63,652 nt of DNA, filler included, from Octopus bimaculoides (GCF_001194135.2; 9 parts of 9 records of this genome joined end to end with filler, not necessarily neighbours in it); one strand, 5' to 3'. Counted from the first letter of the whole stretch, positions 24,995 to 38,726 are shown. Translations and numbers: made by a program. The notes: generated by a model from the letters alone, not told the origin.

Positions 24995-27340
24995 GAGTGG
25001 AAAATTAAAATGAACATCTATATAGATGTTTTGTTCCTATGTGCGTTTCACCATTACAGTGCCTGACCAAAATGGTTCATCAGGAAAAAAATTTGTTACA
25101 GTCTGTTACAGAAATATGATATTTCGTATTAGATATTTGGAACAGAATAAACAAATGTTGCTATATATTTCTGAGATGGAGAAATGTCTATGTTCTGAGT
25201 ATGCCATATTATTTCTTATTGAGTTCTGTATTACAAAGTAAATACTTTAGATGTAAAGTTGTGGCAATACATTATATTCCACTGATTTGCAATCTAAATA
25301 TGATATGATTTTCTCTNNNNNNNNNNNNNNNNNNNNNNNNNNNNNNNNNNNNNNNNNNNNNNNNNNNNNNNNNNNNNNNNNNNNNNNNNNNNNNNNNNNN
25401 NNNNNNNNNNNNNNNNNNNNNNNNNNNNNNNNNNNNNNNNNNNNNNNNNNNNNNNNNNNNNNNNNNNNNNNNNNNNNNNNNNNNNNNNNNNNNNNNNNNN
25501 NNNNNNNNNNNNNNNNNNNNNNNNNNNNNNNNNNNNNNNNNNNNNNNNNNNNNNNNNNNNNNNNNNNNNNNNNNNNNNNNNNNNNNNNNNNNNNNNNNNN
25601 NNNNNNNNNNNNNNNNNNNNNNNNNNNNNNNNNNNNNNNNNNNNNNNNNNNNNNNNNNNNNNNNNNNNNNNNNNNNNNNNNNNNNNNNNNNNNNNNNNNN
25701 NNNNNNNNNNNNNNNNNNNNNNNNNNNNNNNNNNNNNNNNNNNNNNNNNNNNNNNNNNNNNNNNNNNNNNNNNNNNNNNNNNNNNNNNNNNNNNNNNNNN
25801 NNNNNNNNNNNNNNNNNNNNNNNNNNNNNNNNNNNNNNNNNNNNNNNNNNNNNNNNNNNNNNNNNNNNNNNNNNNNNNNNNNNNNNNNNNNNNNNNNNNN
25901 NNNNNNNNNNNNNNNNNNNNNNNNNNNNNNNNNNNNNNNNNNNNNNNNNNNNNNNNNNNNNNNNNNNNNNNNNNNNNNNNNNNNNNNNNNNNNNNNNNNN
26001 NNNNNNNNNNNNNNNNNNNNNNNNNNNNNNNNNNNNNNNNNNNNNNNNNNNNNNNNNNNNNNNNNNNNNNNNNNNNNNNNNNNNNNNNNNNNNNNNNNNN
26101 NNNNNNNNNNNNNNNNNNNNNNNNNNNNNNNNNNNNNNNNNNNNNNNNNNNNNNNNNNNNNNNNNNNNNNNNNNNNNNNNNNNNNNNNNNNNNNNNNNNN
26201 NNNNNNNNNNNNNNNNNNNNNNNNNNNNNNNNNNNNNNNNNNNNNNNNNNNNNNNNNNNNNNNNNNNNNNNNNNTATATATATATATATATACAGAGAGA
26301 TAGATAGATAGATAGATAGATATGTACATACATACATACATACATACATACATACATGCATACATAATACATACAAGCATACATACATACATACATACAT
26401 ACATACATACATACATACATACATACATACATACATACATGCATACATATACATACATTGCGAAAACAAACTTAAGACGAAAAGTTCGGCTATTAGAATG
26501 AGAAAAAAATGGTGGACAGGAAAAGGACGACGAAGCAAGAAAAGAGTGGAGAATTAAAAGTTAGAAAATGTTCGAAGGGGATATCAGGTAGCAAGCTGTT
26601 CGTCCATTAAGTCGGCAGAAATGCAATGTGTTTGGTTTGACACCTTAACATCCATACAACAACAGGCGGTTATGTTCTTACATCATCCTACCTATTTACG
26701 AATATTACGTAGACCTTTTGGATAATGCTGTGAGTACTCTTCTGTGGTATGGTGAGGTGCGGTATGATATGTAAGTGGTAATGTTGTAGTTAGTAAGAGA
26801 ATATAATGACGGGATAAAATTTTCTGACATGGAGGACATTAGTAGTGAGGGAAAGCTAAAGGTGCCAGAGTACTGGCAAAAGAAAACCATAGGAGCGTAC
26901 GCAAATACACAAACACGCACGCACACGTACACACACACACACACACACACGCGCGCGCACACACACACAACCGTACGCACGCGCACACACACACATACGT
27001 ACATACGCACAAGTATAGATTTACACATATCTGTACATATATATACGATTATGCACATATATATATATGTATGTATGTACCTCTCTCTCTCTCTCTTCAT
27101 ANNNNNNNNNNNNNNNNNNNNNNNNNNNNNNNNNNNNNNNNNNNNNNNNNNNNNNNNNNNNNNNNNNNNNNNNNNNNNNNNNNNNNNNNNNNNNNNNNNN
27201 NNNNNNNNNNNNNNNNNNNNNNNNNNNNNNNNNNNNNNNNNNNNNNNNNNNNNNNNNNNNNNNNNNNNNNNNNNNNNNNNNNNNNNNNNNNNNNNNNNNN
27301 NNNNNNNNNNNNNNNNNNNNNNNNNNNNNNNNNNNNNNNN

Positions 27341-27375
<35 letters not shown>

Positions 27376-27779
27376 AATATATATATGTATGTATATATAT
27401 ATATATGCATATACATAAGCAGGCAAAATGCAAAATGTCAGAATGGAGAAAGAGGAAGATATACAAAAACATCGGAAACTAGGTGCGTGTACATAGGTAC
27501 AGAGGAGTGCATAAAAATTTAAATGCAATGAGTGCGTGCGCATGTACAAAAGTGTGAAGGAAGGAGAAAGAACTATGTGTATAGGATTATATATATTCAT
27601 ATATGTACACACACACAAATACACGTACAAGCACACACTTTCATGCGCGCGCGCACACACACACACACGCACGCACACATGTACATATGTATATTTATAT
27701 AAGAAAGTCTCAAACAAGGCGAGAAGCCACTTAGTGTAAGGGAGTATAAAGAAGGAGAAATTAAGGCGAATGGAATAAA

Positions 27780-28640
27780 TTTACTTGAAAGAGGTCCAGG
27801 TCAAAATAAGGAGGAAAACAATGAGATGGAAGAGAGTTCTAATGTCTGACAGCTCGAGTGGGAATCTACGAGTGTAGGAAGACTTCCTTATTCGTGAAAA
27901 ACAACATTTGGGTGAAGACATTGTGAGCTTCGAATCAGGAGAGATGTCACACGGAGGAGATCTGAAACTAAGAAATAAGTTCGTCCGACCATTTCCAGTG
28001 GTAATAACGATAGAAAAAAAAGACTAAGACTGGCAACGTTATTTCGAAGTGACAAGGGCTGCAGCGTTGAAGCAAAAGAGGGGACAACCAATTTAGAGAC
28101 TCATTTCTGAACTCCTTCAAAGAGATCGAAGTGACAGGATAGTGCAGCTACCCAAATATAGCAATAGTATACCATACAAGGACGAATTGTGGACGTGTAA
28201 AGATACAAAATAGCCTCGAGTGCGAAATAGTCCTTTGGTATACAATGACTCAACGTTACTGGAAGCAGACCTACAGTTGACTGTATGTGTGAACCCTAAT
28301 AAGATCGAGTGAGAAATTGAGACCAAGCAATTTCAAAGAGATCCTTTCTTCTAATAGTTGACTGTCTCACCATGTGATGCTTCAGATCAGTAGCTCATGC
28401 AAATGGGAGCAAGATAGGGATCTCGCTTCCTACTGAAAGACATGATTGGGTCTTGCCAAGGTTGAAAGTTGCTAGCAATTTCTCACCCTGTTTCTTAACA
28501 GCCGGCTGTTAGCAGCAAATTACAACCGCTTCAAGGGAGATAGATTTCCAGCAAAACCAGAATAAAGAGTAGTATCAACAGCTTAAATATTGATGAATTG
28601 AAGAACACTAGCAGGAAGATCGGTGATGTGGAGGAGAAAT
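27780..28640 (-). mobile_element. CR1-clade LINE RT/C-terminal fragment (decayed)
   Basis: LQPLSLRNNVASLSLF, ASSNVESLY and LFLLHITDLP...DTTLYS resemble CR1 ORF2 motifs. Multiple frameshifts. Confidence 0.75.
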
Positions 28641-29199
28641 AGAGTTAGACAAAGAATATAACCTTGAGGAACAGAGAATACTCAGTGGTAACAAGATTAA
28701 TTCCCAATACTTTAGCTTAATATTTACATCATTTGGAGTCGGTTTTATAATTCTTAAGTAGTTATAAGTTGAGATGTTTGTAAAGCTTATTTATATTATA
28801 TCACTTGAGCATTGTATACATTATCTAACTAGCATGCGAAAATGTAACTTATAAATTGCGGATGCAAAATATAGAGTACTTGCATACAATACTCAAATAT
28901 TTATCCGAGCTTCTTAATTCACCTATCACGCCATCTTGCTTCCTGAACTATTAGAAATAGCCAAATCTGTCCTTAAATTCTTCCCTTGCCAAATTCATAA
29001 AGAAGAACACCTGATAGATTATCCAGGGGAATAATATATTTCACAAAAATATACCGATCAGTTATACATGAAATACTATTGGTTATGAATTTCTAGACTC
29101 ATTCAAGATTAACTTGCAAATAAACAACTCCAACAACATCAATAAATTATTTCAATTTATTATTATATTTTGCTTCTACATTTTCAAAGTAGTATTGGT

Positions 29200-29635
29200 T
29201 TCAAATTTTGGCACAAAGCCAGCAATTTTAGGGGTGCTGGTAAGCCGATTACATCATCCACAATGTTTAAGTGGTACTTATTTTGTTGATCCCAAAGGAT
29301 TAAAGACATAGCCGGCCATGGCAGCATTTGAACCCAGAACGCAAAGATGAACGAAATGCCGTTAAGCATTTTGTCCGGTGAGTTAATAATTCTTCCAGCT
29401 CACAACCTTAATTTGAAAGTAATAATCATTTCTACTAAAGTCAAAATGCTTAGTGGCATATTTTCTGTCTTTACGTTCAGAGTTCAAATTCTGCCGAGGT
29501 CGACTTTGCTTTCCATCGTTTCGGAGTTGACAAAACTAACACCATTTGGGCACTGGAGTCAATCTAAGCGACTTTCCCCATTCCCCGAGCTTGCTGACCT
29601 TGTACTAAAATTCGAAAGAACTATTATTATTATTG
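29200..29635. mobile_element. Head-to-head pair of SINE B copies (about 29200-29410 minus, about 29440-29635 plus)
   Basis: Both bodies align to SINE B in opposite orientations. Confidence 0.75.
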
Positions 29636-30170
29636 GTGACTTGACTCAGGTTCGTTCTTTTTCCTGGAAGAATTTATGTCGACGCCTAAGATATCCACAA
29701 GCTTTCAATAGACTTTCAAGTGCTTATAATCCTCTTAATAATCTTTCCTGTCGTTAAGAAACAAAGTTTATGCAGAAGATGTCCAGGATAGTCTATCCAA
29801 ATCTCCTTCAACCATTTGTCTATATCTTTACTTCCAGTTCCCAATGCACCAATTATTACAGGCACAACCTTTACAGTTTCTACATTCCAAGTTCTTGCAA
29901 TTTAAAATTTTAAGGGTTTGTATTTTGTATTTTGCTTTTCCTCCTCTTTCTTTACAATCCTGGAGTCAAACAAACACTATAGATCAATCAGTAAGTAACT
30001 TTGCTTTTCTTTCTGAATTATTGTTATGCCTGACCTATTATTTACCAGCTTTTTATCCATTTGAATAGGGAAATCCCACAGAATGTTGCACTTTTCCTAC
30101 TCCAGCACTTGCTTAGGCAAAGCCATACCAATAACCTGGTGTTAGAACTTCTGAACAAAACCTCAGTCGA
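29626..30170 (-). mobile_element. Dong/R4-like 3' end (restriction-like endonuclease domain)
   Basis: EKCNILWDFPIQMDKKL..NR.GI.II...KVVPVIIGALGTGSKDIDKWLKEI, ending at an (AAT)n run. Confidence 0.8.
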
Positions 30171-31330
30171 GTACAATGAAGTTCATATATNNNNNNNNNN
30201 GTACTGTCATTATTTTACGTATGTTTATATTGTATCGACTGTGTATAGATGAAAGACAAGGTGGGTTCGAAAACAGTGAAGAACTGTAATTCAATTCCGC
30301 GTGATATTTGTCCGAGGGGTGTAATTCATTACATTGATCTCGTAATTGACCTGTACTTTATCAATCTCACAAAAAAGTCATAGTTGACTTCAATAGGATT
30401 GGAACTATGTATATTTGAACACTGGCAGATTAATACCTAATTACTGCTAAATAATTTGTTGCTCTACTAATTTTGCCAGTCTTGCTTAATATGTAATATT
30501 AACTCATACGGACAGGAAGTATTTATATAAAGTTAATATATGGATATTAAATTATATTAAAATTAAATTAAATTTGATATAAAATTTCATCAAAACTAAT
30601 TGTTAGGTAATTGGGTATAATTATAAAAATAATTAGAATATTGATTTGTACATGCTCCAATCTATTGACATTTTAAAGTTAATTGTCTTTTAGAAAACTG
30701 AGACAAGGGCAGTGTAAAAAAAATTGTATTGAATTAATTGTGAATGATTTTAAGCAAGCTTTTATCAGCTTATTACTACATTCAAGAAACCAAGAAAAAT
30801 TTTCCACAAACCTTCACAAGTACATTTGGCTTTTAAAAGGAGCAGCATCGGATCTGTTTAAAATTCAGAATTCATTTCTGGGTCACTCTATCATATATAT
30901 ATATATATATCAATTGCAATATTTTGCTCAAAATTAAGTTGCAAAAATTCATGCAACAACCATTTATATCATTTAAAGCAATGAATGTTCTAAACGAACG
31001 ATCAAAGATATTAAGCACATTTAGACACTCCATGAATTTGCAATTATGTACGCCAAATGTGTAACTCATGTAAAAATATATACTACATTGTGTTCAATAT
31101 TCAGAAAATTTTAAATGATATGGTAGTTATCAACTTCGAGTTATAACTTTATCTCCTTTGCAATGTTACACTTTGTAGACATGAAAAGGTTTTTTCTTAA
31201 TCTTTATTACGATTTCACCTAAATACTTATATTTTTACCAAGTCCTTTTGTGTGTTCTTGTACCTCATCGCTTTACACAACTCATCACTAATCTTCTAAC
31301 TTTAACTCTCTTTTTCCTTTTGAATCGACA

Positions 31331-31371
<41 letters not shown>

Positions 31372-31524
31372 NNNNNNNNNNNNNNNNNNNNNNNNNNNNN
31401 NNNNNNNNNNNNNNNTTAATTAATTAANNNNNNNNNNNNNNNNNNNNNNNNNNNNNNNNNNNNNNNNNNNNATACATACATACTTACACACACACACACA
31501 CACACACATACATACATACATACA

Positions 31525-31558
<34 letters not shown>

Positions 31559-31586
31559 CATACATACATACATACATACATACATA

Positions 31587-32060
31587 GGCACTGGCGTGGT
31601 TATGTGGTAAGAAGCTTGCTTTCCAACCACATGCGGGTTCAGTTCCACTACGTGGCACCTTGGGCAAGTGTCTTCTACTATAGCTCNNNNNNNNNNNNNN
31701 NNNNNNNNNNNNNNNNNNNNNNNNNNNNNNNNNNNNNNNNNNNNNNNNNNNNNNNNNNNNNNNNNNNNNNNNNNNNNNNNNNNNNNNNNNNNNNNNNNNN
31801 NNNNNNNNNNNNNNNNNNNNNNNNNNNNNNNNNNNNNNNNNNNNNNNNNNNNNNNNNNNNNNNNNNNNNNNNNNNNNNNNNNNNNNNNNNNNNNNNNNNN
31901 NNNNNNNNNNNNNNNNNNNNNNNNNNNNNNNNNNNNNNNNNNNNNNNNNNNNNNNNNNNNGCGGGTTCAGTTCCACTACGTGGCACCTTGGGCAAGTGTC
32001 TTCTACTATAGCTCCAGGCCGACCAATGTTTTGTGAGCAGATGTCAGTCGTCTGTATGTA
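31587..32060 (+). mobile_element. SINE family A 5' parts on both sides of a gap
   Basis: gcgggttcagttccactacgtggcaccttgggcaagtgtcttctactatagctc occurs at both about 31634 and 31961. This may be an assembly duplication. Confidence 0.7.
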
Positions 32061-32075
32061 TGTGCGTGTTTGTTT

Positions 32076-32113
<38 letters not shown>

Positions 32114-32116
<3 letters not shown>

Positions 32117-32248
32117 TTATATTAAGGGCATTACTATACATAAATGTCTCACGCTATGAGGGACTCTTAAAGTCAAAACTAGTTTTGACTTTTAAGAGTC
32201 CCTCCTAGCATGAGGCATTTATGTATAGTAATGCCCTTAATATAAATA
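32114..32248. repeat. 135-bp near-perfect loopless palindrome
   Basis: Arms of 67 and 68 bp, centred on AAAACT|AGTTTT (32180/32181), with 3 substitutions and a 1-nt indel. Confidence 0.95.
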
Positions 32249-32639
32249 AATATATTTAAAGAGAATGATTAAAATTTTTTCCCTTATGAGGTTTATCACG
32301 CCGACTACTTGATAAATTCTTATAAAGATTTTATCCTATTTTTAAATTGTATATATATTATACACTATATATTATATATAGTAATATGTAAAGGTAAGAT
32401 CCAAGGATCAAAGTGTAGGATGTAAATAAGCTTCGAGCAGTCCGTAGAAGTTATAAAAAACAACTTTCAGAAACAATAATGGTTTATTGACGTAGAAGAT
32501 TGTAAATTTTTTGCATATCAAAGTTCGATAAGCTGAATAAAGTTATTTTATAGGTTATGGGGAGCAGCTTGGGTTGCTGTGTATGCGAATAGAAATCCAT
32601 TCTCTAATTTGGGATATATATGTGTGTCTATGTGTGATT

Positions 32640-32850
32640 TTGTGTCTGTGTTTGTCCCCTACTACCGCTTGACAACCGGTGTTGGTGTGTTTACGTCCCC
32701 GTAACTTAACGGTTTGGCAAAGAGACTGATTGAATAAGCACCAGGCTTAAAGAAAAAGAAAAGAACATAAGTACCGCGGGATCATTCGACTAAAAATTCT
32801 TGAAGGCGGTGCCCCAGCATGGCCACGGTCTAACGACTGAAACAAGTAAA
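32640..32850 (+). mobile_element. SINE family A 3' half
   Basis: cgcttgacaaccggtgttggtgtgtttacgtccccgtaactta ... ggcggtgccccagcatggccacggtc...gactgaaacaagtaaaaga. Confidence 0.85.
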
Positions 32851-33589
32851 AGATAATGGATATATGCACACGCATACACAATACTAATATACACATACAT
32901 ATATATATATAAATGAATAAGCACATCCATACATGCATACACATATATACACATTGCACACACGCACACACATACACACATACACACACACACGCACATA
33001 CGCACACACACATACATATATATTTACGCGTTTGTCTATGTGTCTGTATTCATATATGCATGAATGTAACTACATGTGAATACATGTATACATAAGTGCG
33101 TGTGTTTGTGTGCGCATGTGTGTGTGTGTGTCTGTGTGTGTGTGTGTGTGTGTGCATGTGTGTGTGTGTGCATGTGTGTGCGTGTGTGTGCATGTGTGTG
33201 CGTGTGTGTGNNNNNNNNNNNNNNNNNNNNNNNNNNNNNNNNNNNNNNNNNNNNNNNNNNNNNNNNNNNNNNNNNNNNNNNNNNNNNNNNNNNNNNNNNN
33301 NNNNNNNNNNNNNNNNNNNNNNNNNNNNNNNNNNNNNNNNNNNNNNNNNNNNNNNNNNNNNNNNNNNNNNNNNNNNNNNNNNNNNNNNNNNNNNNNNNNN
33401 NNNNNNNNNNNNNNNNNNNNNNNNNNNNNNNNNNNNNNNNNNNNNNNNNNNNNNNNNNNNNNNNNNNNNNNNNNNNNNNNNNNNNNNNNNNNNNNNNNNN
33501 NNNNTGTGTGTGTGTGTGTGCGTGTGTGTGTGTGTGTGCATGTGTGTGTGTGTATGTGTGTGTGTGTGTGCATGTGTGTGCGTGTGTGT

Positions 33590-33630
<41 letters not shown>

Positions 33631-33842
33631 TGTGTGTACGATAACAAAGCGATATGGCCCACTTTCCTATGAGAATGAGAAACACTGTGCTGTTGAGTCA
33701 CTGAATGCTTTTCTTCTCATTTTATTATTATTATATTATTATTAGAATTTTTTCATACTGAGGCCAGAATATATCAGTGACGTTAACTTGCTGTTTTGTT
33801 TGTTTGCAGCAACAGCAATAGTAGCAATAATACTACTACTGC

Positions 33843-33878
<36 letters not shown>

Positions 33879-34149
33879 ATTTATTTGTAATGATAACCGC
33901 CGTGGTGGTATTTGTGGAAGTTATTGTTCGCATTTATCCGACGTCGGAGGGAAAACACCTATAACCGTTGTCCTACCATCACCACCACTACCATTATCAC
34001 CAACCCAATACCACTGCCAGCAACGGCTGGTGAGGGCAATGCTATTAATATTCACCTTGAAAGTTTGTAGGTTTAGGTCTGATAGTACTGTCACTTCGTC
34101 GGTTGCGATGGCGAGGGTTCCAGTTGATCTGATCAACGGAACAGTCTAC

Positions 34150-34401
34150 TCGTGAAATTGGCGTGCAAGTGGCTGAGCACTCCACAAACACACGTACTCC
34201 TAACATAGTTCTCAGGATGATTCAGCGTGACACAGAATTTGACAAGGTCGACCTTTTGAACTACAAGTACTACTCATTTTTGCCAGCTGAGTGAACTAGA
34301 GTAACGTGAAATAAGGTATCTTACTCAAGGATGCAGCACCACTGGGAATCGAACTCACGACCTTACGATCAGGATCCGATTACCCTAACCGCTAAACTAC
34401 G
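34150..34401 (-). mobile_element. tRNA-derived SINE (family C/D related)
   Basis: tRNA-like head on the minus strand (…gtgagttcgattccc). The tail gtggctgagcactccac is shared with family C. Confidence 0.75.
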
Positions 34402-34409
34402 CAAAGAAA

Positions 34410-35625
34410 CCACCAGTCACATAGGATTAGATATATAAAATCGCTCGAAATGGACGAATGTATAGAAAAACAGACATGGATTTATAATCACTGCAATTTA
34501 CTCGAAGTGCTAAATATTGCTTTCAAGGCATTTCCAAAGCGTTGCTGTTATATTTCAAGAGAGTCCATATACATAATCACTGGTTGTTGATTGGGCATTT
34601 GCAAAACAAATTCAAAGTTAAAAGGTCGATAGGGTTGCATTTCTGAGAAAGAATCAGTGGATTAGATGTTTACGCAGGTACTTAGAGAAGAACGCAGAAT
34701 ATGGTTGTGTCAATCTGAGTCAGAAAATACGAAAGGCCAAGTGAATGACAGACATAGAAATACTCAATCTCAGACGTAACAAATATATTGAGTAACGAGG
34801 GATAAAAAAGAAAGTGAATAGTAAAAATTGGATACTAAGAATACAAGAATTGAATAGTAAAGATCTTATATAAGACTATTAAATCCCAACAAAAACTGTA
34901 ATACTAACCAAACATTCAAAATATGGTGAGTGAAACACTGAGAACTAGCTTTTAGACAGAACTTAATTCGATTTTTTTTTTTTTTTTCGTTTTTAAGAAA
35001 AACGAAGCTGGCAGAAACGTTAGCACGCCGGGCGAAATACTTGGCGGTATTTTGTCTGTCTACGTTCTGGATTCAAATTCCGCCGAGGTCGACTTTGCCT
35101 TTCATTCTTTCGGGGTCGATAAATTAAGTACCAGTTACATACTGGGTCGATCTAATCGACTGGCACTGTCCCCAAAAATTTCGGGCCTTGTGCCCAGAGC
35201 AAAAATAAGAAATTAATTCGTTTTTCTTTTCTTTTTTTATTCTTATCCACGCAAAGTAACACAGACCCAAAGAAAAGCGAAAAAATGAAAAAGAAAAAAA
35301 AGTAGGTGGTGAGCTGGCGAGAATCGTTAGCACACCGGGTAAAATGCTTAGTAGCATTTCGTCCGTCTTTACGTTCTCTATTCAAATTTCGCCGCGGTTG
35401 ACTTCGCCTTTCATCCTTTCGGGGTCGATAAAATAAGTACCCCTTCAGCATTGGGCTCCAGCTAATTGACGTATCCTTCCTTCAAAATTGCTGGCTTGGT
35501 GCAAAAACTTGAAAGCAATATTTAGCACTTCGAGTACATTGCAGTAATTACAAATCCACATGTCTGTTTTTCTATACATTCGTCCATTTCGAGCGATTTT
35601 ATATATCTTATCCAATGACTTGTGG
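34410..35625. repeat. About 118-bp inverted repeat (34410-34527 / 35508-35625) enclosing about 980 bp that includes two SINE B copies
   Basis: gatatataaaatcgctcgaaatggacgaatgtatagaaaaacagacatg...ctcgaagtgctaaatattgctttcaag and its reverse complement. Confidence 0.9.
35003..35515 (+). mobile_element. Two SINE B copies
   Basis: Heads at about 35003 and about 35304, with the standard SINE B body. Confidence 0.85.
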
Positions 35626-37538
35626 CCTTATGCTGGTCACAAATACATTTTCTGAGTTTTTACACCATCTGACGAGTGGTACATTTCTCGAAACAGGACA
35701 TTCTGTGGCACAATATTTGTTACCCGATAAGATCACGTATATTTCTTAAATAGTATGACTCAGAAGTTAATATTTACAGTATATTTCTTTATTACTTAGG
35801 CTCAAGTTTCTGTCAACATTTGCTGGGCTCTCTGGCAAAAAAATATCTTGCTAAGATTAATTATAACGTACCCTATGAAGTATTCATGCGTCTTGTTATC
35901 GAATTTATACATACATATATGTACATACTTACATATATATATATATATATATACATATGCATATAGGGGTACAGGACATCGTAAAAAGTAAACAACATGA
36001 AATACGAAAACATGGAAAACTTTTTTTGCGAACAACGAAAGAAAAAAATGGAAAACAAGACAAGCAACATAAAGAACGACCCTTCATCAGTTGTCGGTTG
36101 TTTATCTACTCCACATTTCGAGCAAGTCTACCTTGACGAGAATAGAACATAGAAAGAGACAACTCAGTATTTCTTGCGAACTGCCACTATTGAATAGAGG
36201 CAAAAATAAATATTAGATACACTAACATCTAAACACTGAAATCACTATGACGTACAAGAGACTGTTTTAGAAATTCATCGACAAATCAAGCACGTATTCC
36301 TAGAACTTACTTCTTGTCCCTAATTCACGGTATATCGATATTACATTATTTATCATTCACTTCTCGTTATACGCAAAATAAAGGCAAAGGTGTCTACTTA
36401 AAAAAAGACACTCAGCTCTCTGATTTCAGTACCACGCTTTCTTTCTCCTCGCTGAGACATGTGACTTACATACACCATTGGGCTTTAAGTGTATAACTCT
36501 AGTAGTTGGTCGTAGCGTGGTTTAATCTAAGGAACATGAACTGTCGGACAGCATTTTGTTTCATGCGGAAGAAATTAACTCCTACAAGTAACTGTTGTGG
36601 TTTATTTGCAAGGCAGCCATAATGGAGCAGACCTGTGATTAAAATATTCCTTCGGTGATAATGCAGTTTTTTTTACAGATATCTATGTGATTATCTAACC
36701 TGCTAAAACTAGCAGTTAAATTCTCTTCAGATATATATGAGAGTGGCGAAACTGATGTGGTTAAATAGATCTACACAAATTGTGTGGTTGAAAACTGACG
36801 GCAAAAACGGAGAGAAAGCACTTACCCCTTTGTATCAGGGTAAAACAAGGTTGTGCTCCAAATCGCTCTATGTAGTTGCTACGCCAATTTAAATTCCCTT
36901 TATTCTTATTATTTCTATCTTCTGTTATATATTATCATTGCAATTTAGTGTTATCTTCTTATTGTTTCCATTGTTAAATTCCAGTTTCCTTTCCGTTGCT
37001 TCCTTTTGAATATTGTTCCCTTATAAACCCTTGTAGTCAATAAAAAGTGACCACCAGCACTAGCATCATCATTATCCTCTTCATCTTCAGAACTGTTGGT
37101 GGAAAATGCTTTTTGAAGATGTATTCAGACTCATGAAGATACTTATGTTCATAATTGAAGTAGAGTCTGTAAAATGAATTGTAAAATGATTGATTGTTGA
37201 AGGATTGTCTATGGCAAGGTAGGGAGGAGGGGTGAGATATTGTCATGTTTAACCATTGGTAATAAATATGAGTTTGAAATATTTTAGAGTCTTGAAGGTT
37301 TTGCTTTTACCCTCTTCTATCCTTCCATTCCAACAAAACGAATTCCTCGGTCTACCAAGACCACACAAATAACCATTCTACACAACTTCACCTACTTTTC
37401 AAATTAACGAGCCAAAAACTATATAAAACCACAAGAAACCCAAATAAAGCACAGTCTGACGAAGGCAAGCAAGCCGAAACTCCAAAGTCACAATCAAATC
37501 AAGTTTTCAGCTGTAAAAGTTTAATACACATATACACA

Positions 37539-37584
<46 letters not shown>

Positions 37585-37622
37585 AACACACGTAAAAGTG
37601 GGGTATCTTATTATTATTATTA

Positions 37623-37656
<34 letters not shown>

Positions 37657-37664
37657 CATTATTA

Positions 37665-37699
<35 letters not shown>

Positions 37700-37703
<4 letters not shown>

Positions 37704-38000
37704 GTTTGACTTTTGCTTTGTATTTGTACAAGTTGACTCCGAGTCTCACCCAGAGACCTCAAGAGACAACAAGTTAGAAGTTCAAGTTGATGCTATGCTC
37801 CGTCATATATTTGGTTTTGCACAAAGTATTGTTCTAGAGAATGTTTAAGAAAACAAGAAAATTATGTTTGTTTTAAAATTTGAGATTACAGAGACAGTAT
37901 TTTACGTAGGATATGGGCAGTTCCTATGAACACCATCTTTTGAATTTCTGCCATTTTGGGATTTCCTAATATCTGAGCCTCTTTTGCAATCATTCTTAGA
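37700..38000 (-). mobile_element. Dong/R4-like 3' end with long (AAT)n tail (37608-37700)
   Basis: Reverse complement of the 3' end at 57739-58110 (ttgtacaagttg..tcc.agtctcacccagagacctcaagagacaacaagttagaagttca). Confidence 0.85.
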
Positions 38001-38009
38001 GTACCTATG

Positions 38010-38484
38010 ACAGCATCATGACTACTCGTCTAATAAGAGTACACCAGGCACATGCATCACAACCATATGTGCGTGACATGGTGATCTCATATCAAGATAA
38101 ACAATGCATGACCTTGAAAGTGGGGCCTAGTTAAAATTTTCTTCAGATCGAGTAGCCCACCCCACTCAAAAGGTCCCTGTTATGGATTGTTTAAGGATGT
38201 TGAACGAAACACCCATGTTTCCAGAAGTGAATTATCCAAACCCCAAGGAATTTTTCTCAACACATGGATGCTCCCCCACTACTTCTACTCGTGACAGAAA
38301 TGCACATATCCCTTTGTGGGTAAGGGATTGCTCAACTGGTTAAGGTCAAACAACTGACAAGCAAATCTGTGGTATTCAGCAGAATATTTGCTGTAGCCTA
38401 TCTTTTATATCAAGACAAAACAATGTACATGATAACACTTCAAATTAGATGAGAAGCCATGAAAGCCACTGCCTGGTACTGCAT
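38010..38484 (-). repeat. About 500-bp interspersed repeat, second copy at 61196-61720 (+)
   Basis: The two copies align, for example at gacaagcaaatctgtggtatt.agcagaatatttgctgtagc and aaacaatgtacatgataacacttc. Both lie next to AAT runs. The family is not identified. Confidence 0.8.
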
Positions 38485-38701
38485 ATTATTATTATTATTA
38501 TTTTATGTTTGGCTTTTGTTTTGCATTTGTACAAGTTGGATCCAAGTCTCACCCAGAGACCTCAAGAGACAACAAGTTAGAAGTTCATGTAGGTGTTATG
38601 CCTAGGGTACCATATATTTGGATTTGTACAGTTTTGTTCAAGTGAATGTTTAAGAAACCATAAGAAAATTATGTGTTTGTTTTAAAATTTGAGATCACAT
38701 A
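38485..38701 (-). mobile_element. Dong/R4-like 3' end, second copy
   Basis: Near-identical reverse complement of 57900-58110. Confidence 0.85.
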
Positions 38702-38726
38702 NNNNNNNNNNNNNNNNNNNNNNNNN

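Noticed and set aside
25247-27717. Long ORFs made of X, YI, CV, HT or MYVC repeats (also at 31.4-33.7, 39.3-43.5, 56.5-57.2, 60.0-60.9 and 63.3-63.6 kb)
   Set aside because: These are translations of N gaps and of di- or tetranucleotide microsatellites.
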